Position numbers and translations under genes: made by a program. Source: Vicugna vicugna (taxonomy: Eukaryota). Taken from it: DNA of 64,000 bases. This document shows, in pieces, positions 52,501 to 64,000 of this stretch (positions within the stretch are counted from its first letter, which is position 1; each line of letters opens with the position of its first letter). Location of the stretch: NCBI GenBank assembly GCA_013265495.1, contig MU057989.1, positions 1,069,513 through 1,133,512 on the forward strand, read 5' to 3'. The notes below the pieces were generated by a model. That model saw only the letters and a list, made by a program, of their open reading frames with translations, was not told where the DNA came from and ran no database searches.

Positions 52501-53397
52501 AAGGACTGCAAGGCAGAGCATGGCTTCCCACTGGCTGGTCTCCTCTGAAGTGCTGGTGGACAAAACTGACAAACAGGGACCTTGGATGGGGTCAAAATCC
52601 AAAAAGCCCTCACCCTCACGTTAGAGCAAGAGCAAGAGATCAAGGTGGCCAAATAGGAGCCGGGGGGGGGGGCAGGTGCGAAAAGGACAACAGGCCCAGG
52701 TGGGATCAGGGGCAGAGAACTTTTTTAGTTTAGGGACTAACTAGTCCGACCCTCTTCTCTAATCCCACAGTTGAGGTCCTCAAACGTTTTTTTCCTGCAA
52801 GTCTAAGCCACTCCTACCCAGTGTCTCTCTCCATCCTCCACGCCGCCACCAGAGCGGTCTTTCTACGACGTGGCTGGTTCAAGCTGCCCCTCTGCCTTCG
52901 GGATAAGGTCCACAGTTCCCATGGCCTGAGAAGGCTGCTCGCCGCTCAGTGCAGACAGACCTTCATGTGTATCATCTCCTGTCTTTACCTTCCTCCTCCC
53001 TACACTCCACTGACCTCTATATCATTCCTTTTATTTTACTATATGTGCTGCTGAAGCGAGCACTCCGTTGACGTCATTCTGCTGACAAAATACTGCACAC
53101 CATTCTCCAAAGACGCAACAGACTTACTCCCATCTGCCAGGAGAATCCAGTTTCAAGGTCCAGCTCAAGCGTTACCTCTTCAGTTAAATCTCCCCTTACT
53201 TTCTCAAGGAAGGAAAATCTTCTGTGCTCCCAAAGCACCTCTGTAACGCATTTATTACCCTAACTGTATTGATTTACAGGAACTGAGAGACCATGGGGTA
53301 GGGATGGGTTTTGACTTTCACAGCCCTCCTTGCCCTTAGGGAGCACAGTAGGAGTAGGTGGTCAAAAAAATGCTTACTCAGAGAATGTACCCCTTGC

Positions 53398-53720
53398 GGG
53401 GATGGGGCATAGCTCAGGGGTAGAGCACATGCTTAGCAAACATGAGGTCCTGGGTTCAATCCCTGGTACCTCCACTTAAAAAAAAAATTAATAGAAATAA
53501 ATTTTTTTTAAATAGACAACAAAGTCCTACTATACAGCACAGGGAACTATATGCAATACTTTGTAATAGCATATAATGAAAAAGAATATGTAAAGGAACA
53601 TATATACATGTATAATTGAACCACTATCCTGTACACCAGAAAATAATACAACATTGTAAACTCACTATACTTCAATTAAAAAAAAAAGGAAAATAAGTTT
53701 TTAATTAAAAAATTTTTTGG
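53398..53720 (+). mobile_element. vic-1-like SINE whose tail contains an L1 3' end (~53510-53690)
   Basis: SINE head gcatagctcaggggtagagcacatgcttagc...gggttcaatccc, then L1 3'UTR caacaaagtcctactatacagcacagggaac...cttcaatt(A)n. Confidence 0.83.
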
Positions 53721-56700
53721 AAGAACGAACCCCCTTCCTTTCCCCCTCTGCAAGCTCCTGGCAGAGACCAATTAAAATCTAAGCTGTCTGGTGCCCAGAT
53801 CAGGGCTGTCCGGCCTAGGCTGCTGCTTCTGCCTGTTTTCCACGTCCACCTAGTGGGATGGCTCCTCACTGACCTGGACTTTGAAACACTGGGGCGGCAA
53901 CAGGCATTTGCAGAAGCAGGAACCCAAGCTGCTATCTGTAAGGAGAGCCTTCTGTGCCTCTCCTCGGGAGCTGTTTTCATTCCGAAGGGCTTTGAGCAGA
54001 GCTGTAGGCGGCGACAGAGCAGGTGAGTCATCCCAGCCCACACCCGTTCTCTGCTCGAGGGCCCCAGCATCTGTCTGTCTTGGGTGATACGGGAAATGGG
54101 TGCTCTGAGCTGACCCTGGTCCCCAGGAGGGAGGCCTGCCATTGTGGCCAAGGTCTCCCCTACCCCTGGTGGTGAAAGCAGAAGTGATGGCCTCTGTCTA
54201 TCGGAGCAAACATAAAGGGACTTGGGGAGTGCAGGGGACAGTCACAGAAAAGCTGCAGCCCGTGATAAAGGTCAAGGGACCTAGCTCTCACTCTTTGGGC
54301 CCCATTGGGAGACACATGTGTAGGGCCCACCTCCACTGCATGCCCTCATTGTAGAAAAACACACGGTGTCCTCCACCACCATCCCCCAGACTCAATCAGG
54401 ACATTTATTTTACAGCTGAACCTTGTTTTAAGCAAAGATAGCATGTAAAGTTGAGGGATAAACCTTCACTTTACAAACTCTTTTCACCACAGAAAGCTCC
54501 CCAGATGCATTCATTCACCGGTGGCTTACTGTATCTAAGGTCCTCTGGTGGGAACCAGGGAGATACAAATCCTATTGCAACAGAATCCCTGCCCCAGCAA
54601 AGAGAGTAAGTTGCATATCCAAAATACTGTGCATATTGGATCTAATGTGATAAATCCTCAAGGGTAGGCTCACCAAGGTGAGTTTGGGAATCCAGAGGTG
54701 ACTGAGTTTGGGGGGACATCGTGGGGGAAGTGGCATGTGAGCTGGGCTTTGGAGAACAGGTTGGATGGTACCATTCAGAATAGGTGAAATGGCCCTCCAG
54801 ATGGCAAAGATGTCCCCAGCAAAGGACTGGAGGAGGATACACAGACTATGGATAGAATCAAATGTTAGGCAGATCCATGGGGAGACTCACAAGGGTGGGC
54901 TGACACAGTGCATTCGATGTGCCCAAGCCCTAGGGACGCAGGCAGTGGTGCAAGGAGCAGGCTCTGGAGAGCCCAAGTACAAGCTGAACACAAATGCGCC
55001 AGCACCAGAAACTGACACCACATTGTAAATCAACTGTACTTCAACTAAAATGTAAATAAAATGAAACTCCACAACAGCAATTTATCCTAGAGGAGAAGTG
55101 GGCCAGGATGAGCCTGAGAATTAGACCAGAGTTCAAATGTCAGCTCTTTTCTTAAGAGCTGCATGATGTTGGACAAGTTAGCTAACCAAAGTCTTGGTTT
55201 TCTGCAAGGTCCCTAACCAACGCTTTCCACAGAGCAGGTCACTATCAAATGAAATGAGATAACGGCCTGGGGGCATCTGGCAGTGTCAGGCACATAGCAG
55301 GTGATCAATATACATCAGGTTCTTTTTCCATATCTAAGGTGTGTGGACAATGAACAATAAGTGAAAGACTTTGGGGGACCCTTGAGGAAGGAAGAGGCCA
55401 CTGAGAGAGGATTCTGAAGCAAGGGGATGGTGAAGGAAGAGGAACCGTGGAGGAAAGAGCCATGGGCCTCTGAGTTGAGGTTTCTGTGCCACAACAGGCC
55501 ATTTTAGGGGTGCTGGTAAAATGCTCCCACAACACTGGTCATTGGTTCATCCCTGAAGAACATGGTGTTCCAGGAGCAGAACCAAGCAATGCAATTAGCA
55601 GAACCGAGCCTGTGGATAGAGCAATGTGTAGAAGTCGTGCAGGAAAGGGAGGGAGCACCTGGGCCCCTGGCCAGATTGTGGGGGTACCAGGAATCAGGGG
55701 GTGGGTAGAGATGGCTACAGAAAGAAAAATGTCTTTAATTCCAAAAGCTATCCTCTACTAGGAAAGCCAAAAACGTCTAAGGTTTTTCCCTTCAGATCTA
55801 TATAATCTGCTCTTTTAACCTGAATAACCTGGCTTATTGCAAACCGGCAGGAGAGACACCAACAGGCACCTCATCTCTGCACAGAGCCTTCAGCCCCTCC
55901 AGCTGCACCTCGGTCCCATGGAGAAGAGGCACAGCTAAGGATCTTCAGGGAGATTCTCCACCAAATCCTGCTCCTCTTTCATTCATTCATCCCACTAATG
56001 TCCACAGAGGAACTCCTATACACAAGATAAGATCCTGGAGAGGCAAATGGCAGCTTAGTTGTCCATACCTCCCTCAAGGTGTCTCACTAGTCAGTTTCTT
56101 TAACTGTCAAATGGAGAAAATAGGTTTACGGGAAGATGAAATGAGATAATGGACATACCTAGCATACAGTAAGTACTCAAGCAGTGTAAACTATTATTAT
56201 ACTGGCAGAAGCAAGATTGCACGTTATGCTGGTTATCTTTCACTTGCCCCCCGCCTCCCAGGTACATTCTGCATCCTTTTCCACCCTGTGCAGTGCCCTA
56301 GAACTGACCTGTATGGACTCCCTTGCCCCCTGACTTACCACTGGGTTTAGTAAACAGGGAGCCACATTAGAGGGAGGGAGAAATTGAAGAGAAGGCTTTT
56401 ATTTCCCCAACTCCCTTACTGAGCGCCTTGACCCAAAGTCCCAGCTCTAGGAAGATGACCTTCCAAAGATCCTCCCTGCCTCCAGGCATAGCAGTTGGTA
56501 AGATGGCACCATGACTAGCCCCAGAACATTTCACTCTCCGTAGCTGTTTGCCTACACCTTGCCTCAAAATACCCAACTGAAATGTGCCACCTGTTTTCTG
56601 CTGGCCCCTGACATACATGGTGTAGGAGCACGGGAACAGGGCTGGGGGTCAGCAGACATGGATTTGAGTCCCCTCTCTCCTCCTAGCTGGTTCTGTGACC

Positions 56701-57759
56701 CCAGGCCAGTCTCTCCTTTCCTAGGCCTCAGCTTCTCATCTGTATAAAGGATTCATTGGACCACGTGGCTCTTTTGCGCTACAATTTCCTGCCCCTGCTG
56801 GGTGTTCTGTGAAGTTAAGCCCAGGGAAGGGATGCACGGAAGGGAGGAGAGATTCCTCGAGTAGAGGGCAGGTGATACATCTAAGCCCCACATCAACACT
56901 TTCCTCCCCAGGAATCACCTAACTCCTTCCCAAGGACTTTCCTTTTCCTCTCAGGCCGCCAGGGTGCCAGATGCCCACATGATCTCCACTTCAAAGCAAC
57001 AGCCAAGAAAACCCAGGAAATTATAAGAAAATTCCCTTTACTTTCAGAAACCAGCTGGCCAACCCTGGTTTAGCCACAGAAGCCCCTTCCCGGACTCTAG
57101 CGCGCCCAGGGGTCTGAGCAGGGAAGCAGGTACACACATGTCGCTCACAGGGCTCCAAAATGAGGGACACTACCTCACAGCTGGCGTCTAGGGCAGAGGG
57201 ACCTAAACCAGCAACGTGTCAGAAGGCCCTGGATGGAGACCACTGTCATTGGACATATTTCAAATAGAGGCTATCCACCGCTTGAGGAAATATTACAGAA
57301 TCTCCGGTCTTTTTAGCTCCTGAAATCAGCGACTCAGGGAAACCCAGGAGCCACAAGAAAGATATTCTAATAATACCACCCTCCCTGGCCCCCATATCTG
57401 AAGTTTGATCTGCCCTACGCGCTTTCCCACCTGCAGCCCCCCCCCCACCACGCCCAGCGGAAAGTTAGAGAGGTCGGGCTGGGCTTCTGTCCGAAAGGAC
57501 AGGAGGAGAGGGCAGTGTGGATTCCAGCTTTTCCAGCTCCTCCCAATTTCTGGAGGGGAAAGGGAGGTGGGATAACGTCCAATTCTCACTGCCTGTTTTA
57601 CCTGAGGGCTGGCCGCAGGTGAAAACCACAGCATAGTAATTGCCAGCACCAATCTGTCTTTAACGTTCTTCACGCCCCTCAAGGCCTCCAGAAATGTGTA
57701 TTCATCCTACAACTCTGAGCAAGATCAAGACCTTTCCGGGTCCCAAGTGAAAACTTTCA

Positions 57760-58620
57760 AGACCTCCAACCCGCGTGCCCTTCCCCTGCCCCGGGCTTCC
57801 AGCCGTGGGACGGCGCACAGGGCGGGCTGGGGCGACAAGTCCGCACCGCAGCCGGGCCCGGGGACGGCCTTGGCCCAGGGGGCCGCGAAGGCCGAAGGGG
57901 CGAACCTTGCGGGCCCCGCGGCGAGGGAACCCCGCCCCGCCCCCGGCGCTGAGTCACAGCCCGCCCCGGCTCCGCGAAGCCCGGGTTCCCAGGAAGCGCC
58001 GCCGCACGCATGCGCATGCGCGATCCCGGGCGCGTGTCTCGAGAGCGCGCAGCACTGGACGGGGCGGGGCGGGGCCGGGCCGCGGCCGCGAGCGGAGGCG
58101 CATGCGTGGAGCGGGCTCCCGCGGGCGAGGCTCACCGGGGACCTGGCTCCGCGGTAGCGCGCCGTAGATCCGCAGGATCGCGATGACATTCCCCTCAGGT
58201 ATGGCCATTTGCGCGCGAAGAGCCTGGCTTGAGGGACGAGGCCAAGTTACGCCAGGCGGCGGGTTCCCCTACCCTCACGATCCCGGTCCAGAACTGCTCT
58301 CCTCCGGAGCTCGGTTTCCTCTGGAAAGCGTGCGGTGGGGGTGGGGGCTGCACCGGCGAAGGCTGAGGCACCCCCAACAGTCGCGACGTTGACCTCGGCC
58401 CGGACCTGGCCGCGGTGAGGACGCGGGCCGCAGCCTCCGAGGCCCCCAGACGCGGAGGTCGCGGGTCCGGGAGGCCGGTCTCTGTGCAGGAAGCCGCTCC
58501 CGCTCCCGCCCCCGCCAGGAGCCAGACCCGCCGGATGATCGCAGACCCGGGGCCGCTGGCCAGGAGCAGCCGGTGTCCTCATCCGGCCTCGGTCACATAG
58601 ACCTCCGTGTCCCGTTGTCC
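57760..58620. promoter_or_regulatory. CpG island / probable promoter of an unidentified gene (possibly bidirectional)
   Basis: CpG-dense. NRF1-type tgcgcatgcgcg at 58011-58022 and gcgcatgcgt at 58098-58107; GC boxes at 57931-57943 and 58061-58074; gctgagtcac (AP-1/ARE) at 57948-57957; donor-like sites on both strands. Confidence 0.85.
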
Positions 58621-60299
58621 GCTGGCCCTGGTCACTTGGGTTGGAGTGACTGAAACGTCACAGGGGTTCAAAGAACACACAGAGTTGGGTCTACCCGGGG
58701 CTGGTAGGGGTCCAGGGCCCAACCAGGGCTCCTAAGTAGGGCCAGACTGATGGGGTGAGCGTCTTCCCGCCGCCTCTGCCAGGCTCCAGCGGCTGGTTCC
58801 CGGCTCCTAGGAGTGGGGCAGCGTCGAAGGATAGAGACCCGGTACCCCTCACTCCGTAGGCCTTGGATCCCAGTCCAGGGGGCACTGCCCGGGGACACTA
58901 TCTGGGTAGCCAAAGCAGGTTTCTTGGTGCGAAGCTCTGACTTCTCACTTCAGCCCTAGTGCTGCTGCCTGCGGGAACTTTCCTGCTTCTTCATGGCCCT
59001 CTGTTCAGAAACTTGGAGTGGCCTCAAACCCAGGTTCCTTGGGCTTCCATCTAAGGACCGGTTTTCCCAGCTCACCTCATCTCACCTTGATTCCTCACTG
59101 GCCACACAGCTGCCTTCCTTTCTCCGAGTCTAGGCCTTTGATCTTCCCCCAGGATCCACCCCCCTGGTCTCTGAACTTCCAAACCCACCCATTGCTGGAA
59201 GTGTAGCTGGAATTACACTCCCTAAACTTGGTAACCCCTGGCTGTCCCAGTATTCTCAGGAGAGTCCTGATGTTATGTAAATGGAGTTCAACAAAGGAAA
59301 TCTATTAAATGTTTAATTCAGTTTAACAGTCTATATGCGGTTAGACTTTTCAAATAACTACATTTGCAAATGAAAAAAATCCTCTGCTATGTATGATTTA
59401 GAAAATGCGGTTGCTTCATCCTGGAGGACTTTCCTGGTAACTCTGGTTCCATGCATGCTCTGTATTCCTAACTAGATTGTTAGCTTCCCCCAGGGCAGAG
59501 ACTATGCCTGAATAAATATGGAAAATTTCCAAGGCTTTTGAAGTTGTAGTGGGGAAAAAAAATCCATAGGTTTTGAGGAAATGGAAATATAGCCAACAAA
59601 ATACACAAATTCAAAAGTCACTCTTCACAAATACAAAAATCACTCTTTTTAGTGCGTCAGAAAAATGTACTGTCATAACTTGGCCTAGGCCCCGGGTTAA
59701 TACAAGTCAACATGATAGAATATAGTAGAAAGAATAGTGGGATGGGTAGAAAACTGGCCTTTTAGTTCGGTTTATCATGGTTTTTTTTAAAGCCATTTTT
59801 TAAAAAACAGGTTTTATTTTTAGAGCAGTTCTGGGTTCAGGTTGCCACATTTTAACTGGGTTAACTTGGACTTGACTTCTCTTCCCCATGCTGGATTTGG
59901 ATTTAAGGATGCCAAATACACCTACCTTGTCTACTTTATAAGGTGGTCAATGAGGAAGATTAAATTGAAATAGAGTTAAGGATTTGGGGTTTTTTTAAAT
60001 ATTTTATTTCATTCAGGAAATAATCCTCAATAAATTTTCTAATAAAAATTACTTTCAAATGATACATTTTGTCACTAACAAACTTCAAGCTGCTGAAATT
60101 CTGAATTTTTGCCCGTTTGTGAAGAGGAGGGAAAGGCCTTGGGATCAGAAAGACTAGAGTCACCTAAAGTGACCCTGGGCAAATAACCTAGCATGACCTA
60201 TAGGTTGAGTCAGGCTTCAGATAGAATTCTGGCCCTCCCAGTTGCACATGCCATCAACTCAGCCACTCTGACCATCAGTCTCCTCATCAATAAAGTATG

Positions 60300-60640
60300 A
60301 TTAACAATAGTAATAACACTTACTGAATGCTTTCTACAGGCTCTGTACTATTTCAAACATGTTGCATTAAGTCACTTAGTCCTCGCAACAACCCCATGAT
60401 TGAGAGACTATTGGCATCTCTATTTTATGGGTGAGGAAACTGAAGCATAGAGAAGTTAAGTCATTTGACTAGGGCTGCCCAGCTAGTAAGTGGTGGAGCC
60501 CAGGGCGAATCCTAAGCAATCCAACTCCAGAGCCCATGCTCTTGTCCGTGTTGGACGGCTTCTTCCCTGTGGAGTTATTTTGAGGATTAAATGAAATAAA
60601 GTACACGAAGCATTTGGTGCAGCCTGGTACACAGCTGTTA
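60300..60640. mobile_element. MIR SINE fragments (representative; others at ~1.6-1.85, 24.5, 34.3-34.7, 38.8, 45.9, 50.7 and 55.1 kb)
   Basis: MIR core tttatgggtgaggaaactgaagcatagagaagttaagtcatttg. Confidence 0.7.
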
Positions 60641-60914
60641 AAATCACTGCATTATCTTAAGGTATAAGAGTGGTAATATCTATAGGTCTGTAGCCCAGCT
60701 CCTGGCACAAAGGAGTGGCCTAGAAGTTGGTTCCCTTCCCCACTGACATTAAGGGAAAATGAAGAACAGTTTCCAAAGTGCAAGCAGACACAGATTATGC
60801 TCATTTATGCTTGTCATTTTTTTTTATCCTTCAGATAAGAGGTTGACACAGGGGATACCTCAGAACTGTTCAATACACCTTGGCTGAATTGCTCTTTTTC
60901 TTATGTTTCTTTTT

Positions 60915-61030
60915 TTTGAGGGGGGGTGGTATTTTGGTTTATTTAATTTTTTTTTAATGGAGAGACAGGATTGAACCCAGGACCTCATGTGTGCTAAGCA
61001 TGCGCTCTACTGCTGAGCCCTACCCTCCCC
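60915..61030 (-). mobile_element. vic-1-like SINE
   Basis: ggattgaacccaggacctcatgtgtgctaagcatgcgctctactgctgagccctaccctcccc; TSD ttcttatgtttcttttt / ttctcatgcttcttttt. Confidence 0.87.
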
Positions 61031-61787
61031 TTCTCATGCTTCTTTTTCGTCGCCTTTATGGTATTCCAAAGAAAATTTCAAGTTTCCCTGGACTAGGAAA
61101 AGCATGAGCCTAATGTCACAGAAAGTGGAATTGGCTTGAAATGTCGTCTGGAGGCTCAGACTCTGCGGTACAAGTGCAAAGCCCAGGGACTGCTGGGATG
61201 TCCTCCTAGGGCTGAACTGTCCTGGGTCTCCACCCTGGGTTGGTCATCCAGGTTCACCCCCAAAACACAAATATCTGCCTGCACACATGCTCCATGATCT
61301 GTAATCCACACATTGTTCGTGCAGTTACTTCACATCGACACCCACCGACCTACCCCAGACATACCCATTCCCCCGGACCCTCTCCGCACAACACAGTGCC
61401 CACCCTTTTGACTCCCCTAAGGCCCACTCACATCTGCGTCTGCTGCCCAACATGCACCCATCCACACATGCACGTGTTTGCCCACCCCTTACACACACAG
61501 CCACATGAAACTTCCAATGTCCCAGAGACACATACACATACACACTCCCTCCATTCATGACATCCCTCAAAGCATCTGCTCATGTTTAGAATGGCCTTTG
61601 ACTTCGCTTCATGCCTTTTGCATTTCTGTTTTTCTGTCCTCCTAACAGGAGGCAACGTAAAGGTAGTGGGATGAGGCGTGTGAAACCCCAGGGGGCGGGT
61701 GTGCTATACTCACCTTCAGAGCAGACCTCTCCTGGGTAGGGAAGTGGGCAGCACAAACTGCTGGGCATGAGAATGGCTCACGATGTA

Positions 61788-61920
61788 TTGTACAGCAAGG
61801 GGAATAGACCCAATATTTTGTAATAACTGTTAAGTGAAAAGTAACCTTTAAAAATTGTATTAAAAATGTAAAATTTTTTAAAAATCTATTTTATCATTTC
61901 TTTAAATAAAAAAAAAAAAA
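61788..61920 (+). mobile_element. Short L1 3' end with poly(A)
   Basis: tgtacagcaaggggaatagacccaatattttgtaataactg...aataaaaaaaaaaaa. Confidence 0.7.
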
Positions 61921-62874
61921 CTTCACCTACCTTCCCTTTTCCAGGAAAAAGCTCCATATTCTCCCAGTCGTGGAAAAACTCTGGTTGGAGTCACTGGCGG
62001 GGGGAGGGGGTGGCAGCAACCTTAGCTGGGGCAGCTTGATCAGTTGATCAGTCTGTGGACTGTGGGCCCCCTAATTGGGAGGAGGGCAAGGGAGGGACAG
62101 GGAGGCAATGAACCACATTGCCCTGAGATCAGCCCTCAACTTAGGAGACACCAGAGCAGGTGGCCTTGCACTGAATTCACTGAAGTCAGCATCCTCTCCA
62201 GCTTGACCCCATCAGTGCTGGCGTGGGTTAACTCATACTCCCTTTTTGCTTATTCCCAACCTCCCACTAACACTCCCAGGGCCCACTTCTTTTCCTTTTG
62301 GAAACATGCTCACACAGAGACATTAAAGTGTGTCGAGAAGGGCACAGGTTCAGAGAGTCAGGGACAGATTTGGGTTTCCTTGAACACAGGTACCAGCAGG
62401 AAGCTAGGGTCATGCCATGGCGGCACCGCCTTCTGCAGAAGCCAAGGGGAGGCACCATCCTCATGTTCAGGGCCGACCTTTGGCTCCTCACCTGAGCCTC
62501 CAGGTGCCAGGTGGGCAGCTGCGTGGCTGAGGGAGGGGACCCAATGGTGTGAACACCTACCTGAGCCTCCTCTGAGAGATTTAGGGACAGAAGCTTCAGT
62601 AACTCCTACTAATGGGCTACTGCCTTGGAAGCCAGGGGAAATGACAAATTCGAGTGCTGAGGAGAGAATGTGACTTCAGGTTTCCAATTATACAACAGGA
62701 AGCCTAGTTTCGGAGCCGGCTGAAGGTCACCTTTGACACTGGGAGGCAAGAAGCAGGAGGGAGCTTCAGAAGGTGCCTGGAAGGGGTCCAGCTCAAGGGT
62801 GGGCAATTTATAAATTTTCAGTCTATCTCTAAGAAACTTAGAAATTAGTACACACAATGAGAGGAGACGGGAGG

Positions 62875-63200
62875 ACGGAGAGGCAGAGTACAGAGGATTT
62901 CCAGGGCAGCGAAACTACCCTGCATGACACTATAGAGATGGACAGGTGTCATTACACATTTCTACGTGTCCAAACCTGTAGATGCACAACACCGAGAGTG
63001 AACGCCACTGTCAACTCTGGACTCAGGGTGACAGTGACGTGTCCTCAGTGTAGGTTCATCAATTGTAATGGAGGTACCACCTGGTGGGGCGTTGAGTAAT
63101 GGGGGAGGCTGTGCGGGGTGGGGGGTGCAGGGGATGTGCAGGAAATTTCTGCCTACCTCTCAGTTTTGCAGTGAACCTAAAACTGCTCTTTAAAAAAACT
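62875..63200 (+). mobile_element. Old L1 (L1MC-like) 3' end
   Basis: cagaggatttccagggcagcgaaactac...gtgaacctaaaactgctctttaaaaaaa. Confidence 0.72.
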
Positions 63201-64000
63201 GTCTTAATAAAAAAAATCAGGACACTCTACTAGATAAAAAGAAGAAAAAGAGATATACTGCTTGGAGACAACCAGAAAGTATGAGGTGTTACAGAGAGAT
63301 TGGAACTTTATTGAGACTTTCTCCCTGATGAACTCAGAATGGAAAGGGCAGTGGAAAGGTTCTGCTTTGGAGAGGAACAGCAACTGCTCAGGCACAAACA
63401 TTTACAGATGCTTCTCCCAGGGGATCTCTGGATCCTGAATCTCCCCCCTAGTTCTCCACTACCCCACCCCCCAACCCAAAGAGTCAGAATTCTGCTTGAA
63501 ATCCACCTCCAAAGAGCAGGGCACAAAACAGCGCTTAAAGCCCCAGCTGGTTGACTGACAGGCGTGCGGGCAGTTAGAGAGACGGGAAGCCAAGGAGTGA
63601 ACCTTGGAGCAGGAGTAAGAAACAGAAAACGGATGGAAAAAAGACAAGGGGGAAAGGATCGCTGACAATGTCACCGCCCCCACCCCCGAAAATGTAAATA
63701 TTGTGTGAATGTACTCATCTCATTCCAGCTGCTTCCCCCAAAGCAGTGGTGACCTTATTAGCAGCTATAAAAATGCCCAGTTCTGCACTTTTTCTTTCCC
63801 CTTCTGCACTGGGAAAAACAGATATGCCACGGGTAGCTGAGAGCAAGAAGGGAGGGCAGCCCCTCGAGAGTATAAAGGATGCAGAGATGAGGAAGGGTTG
63901 GTTTTTAACGAGAAGGAAGCAGCTCCCCAGGAACTGGTCACCAAGCTCCTTGGATGCCCCTGGCAGACTTTTCTTCTCTGGTTGGCTCTGGTCTTAGAAA

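Noticed and set aside
57696..58600. Protein-coding ORFs in the second CpG island
   Set aside because: GC-driven ORFs with no recognisable product, so no gene symbol is assigned
61300..61560. Structured RNA or His/Thr/Pro-rich ORF
   Set aside because: Degenerate CA-rich low-complexity sequence
62044..62673. 209-aa plus-strand ORF
   Set aside because: Non-ATG start, no recognisable homology and no clear exon boundaries

Overview
Mammalian genomic DNA, most likely camelid: seven tRNA-Ala-derived SINEs resemble the camelid vic-1 family, and there are cetartiodactyl-type L1 3' ends. The only confidently recognisable protein-coding sequence is the large first coding exon of adenylate cyclase 9 (ADCY9, minus strand, CDS 11879-10187). 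It encodes the N-terminus, six TM helices and the C1a catalytic domain. Its CpG-island promoter and 5' leader lie at ~11.5-13.2 kb, with a 90-nt N gap inside; 1-10186 is the following intron. The region 13-57 kb is repeat-rich intergenic DNA (L1, L2, MIR, MaLR/MLT, an ERV1-type solo LTR). A second CpG island with NRF1/GC-box promoter motifs at ~57.7-58.6 kb belongs to a gene I cannot identify. I find no convincing novel multi-gene system. The best second-look items are: (1) an L1 insertion ending in an exact 31-nt inverted copy of sequence 5.7 kb away, (2) a serial retrotransposition site, (3) three candidate uORFs in the ADCY9 leader, (4) the unassigned CpG-island promoter with scattered exon-like segments. 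Repeat family names are assigned by eye and need Dfam/RepeatMasker confirmation.
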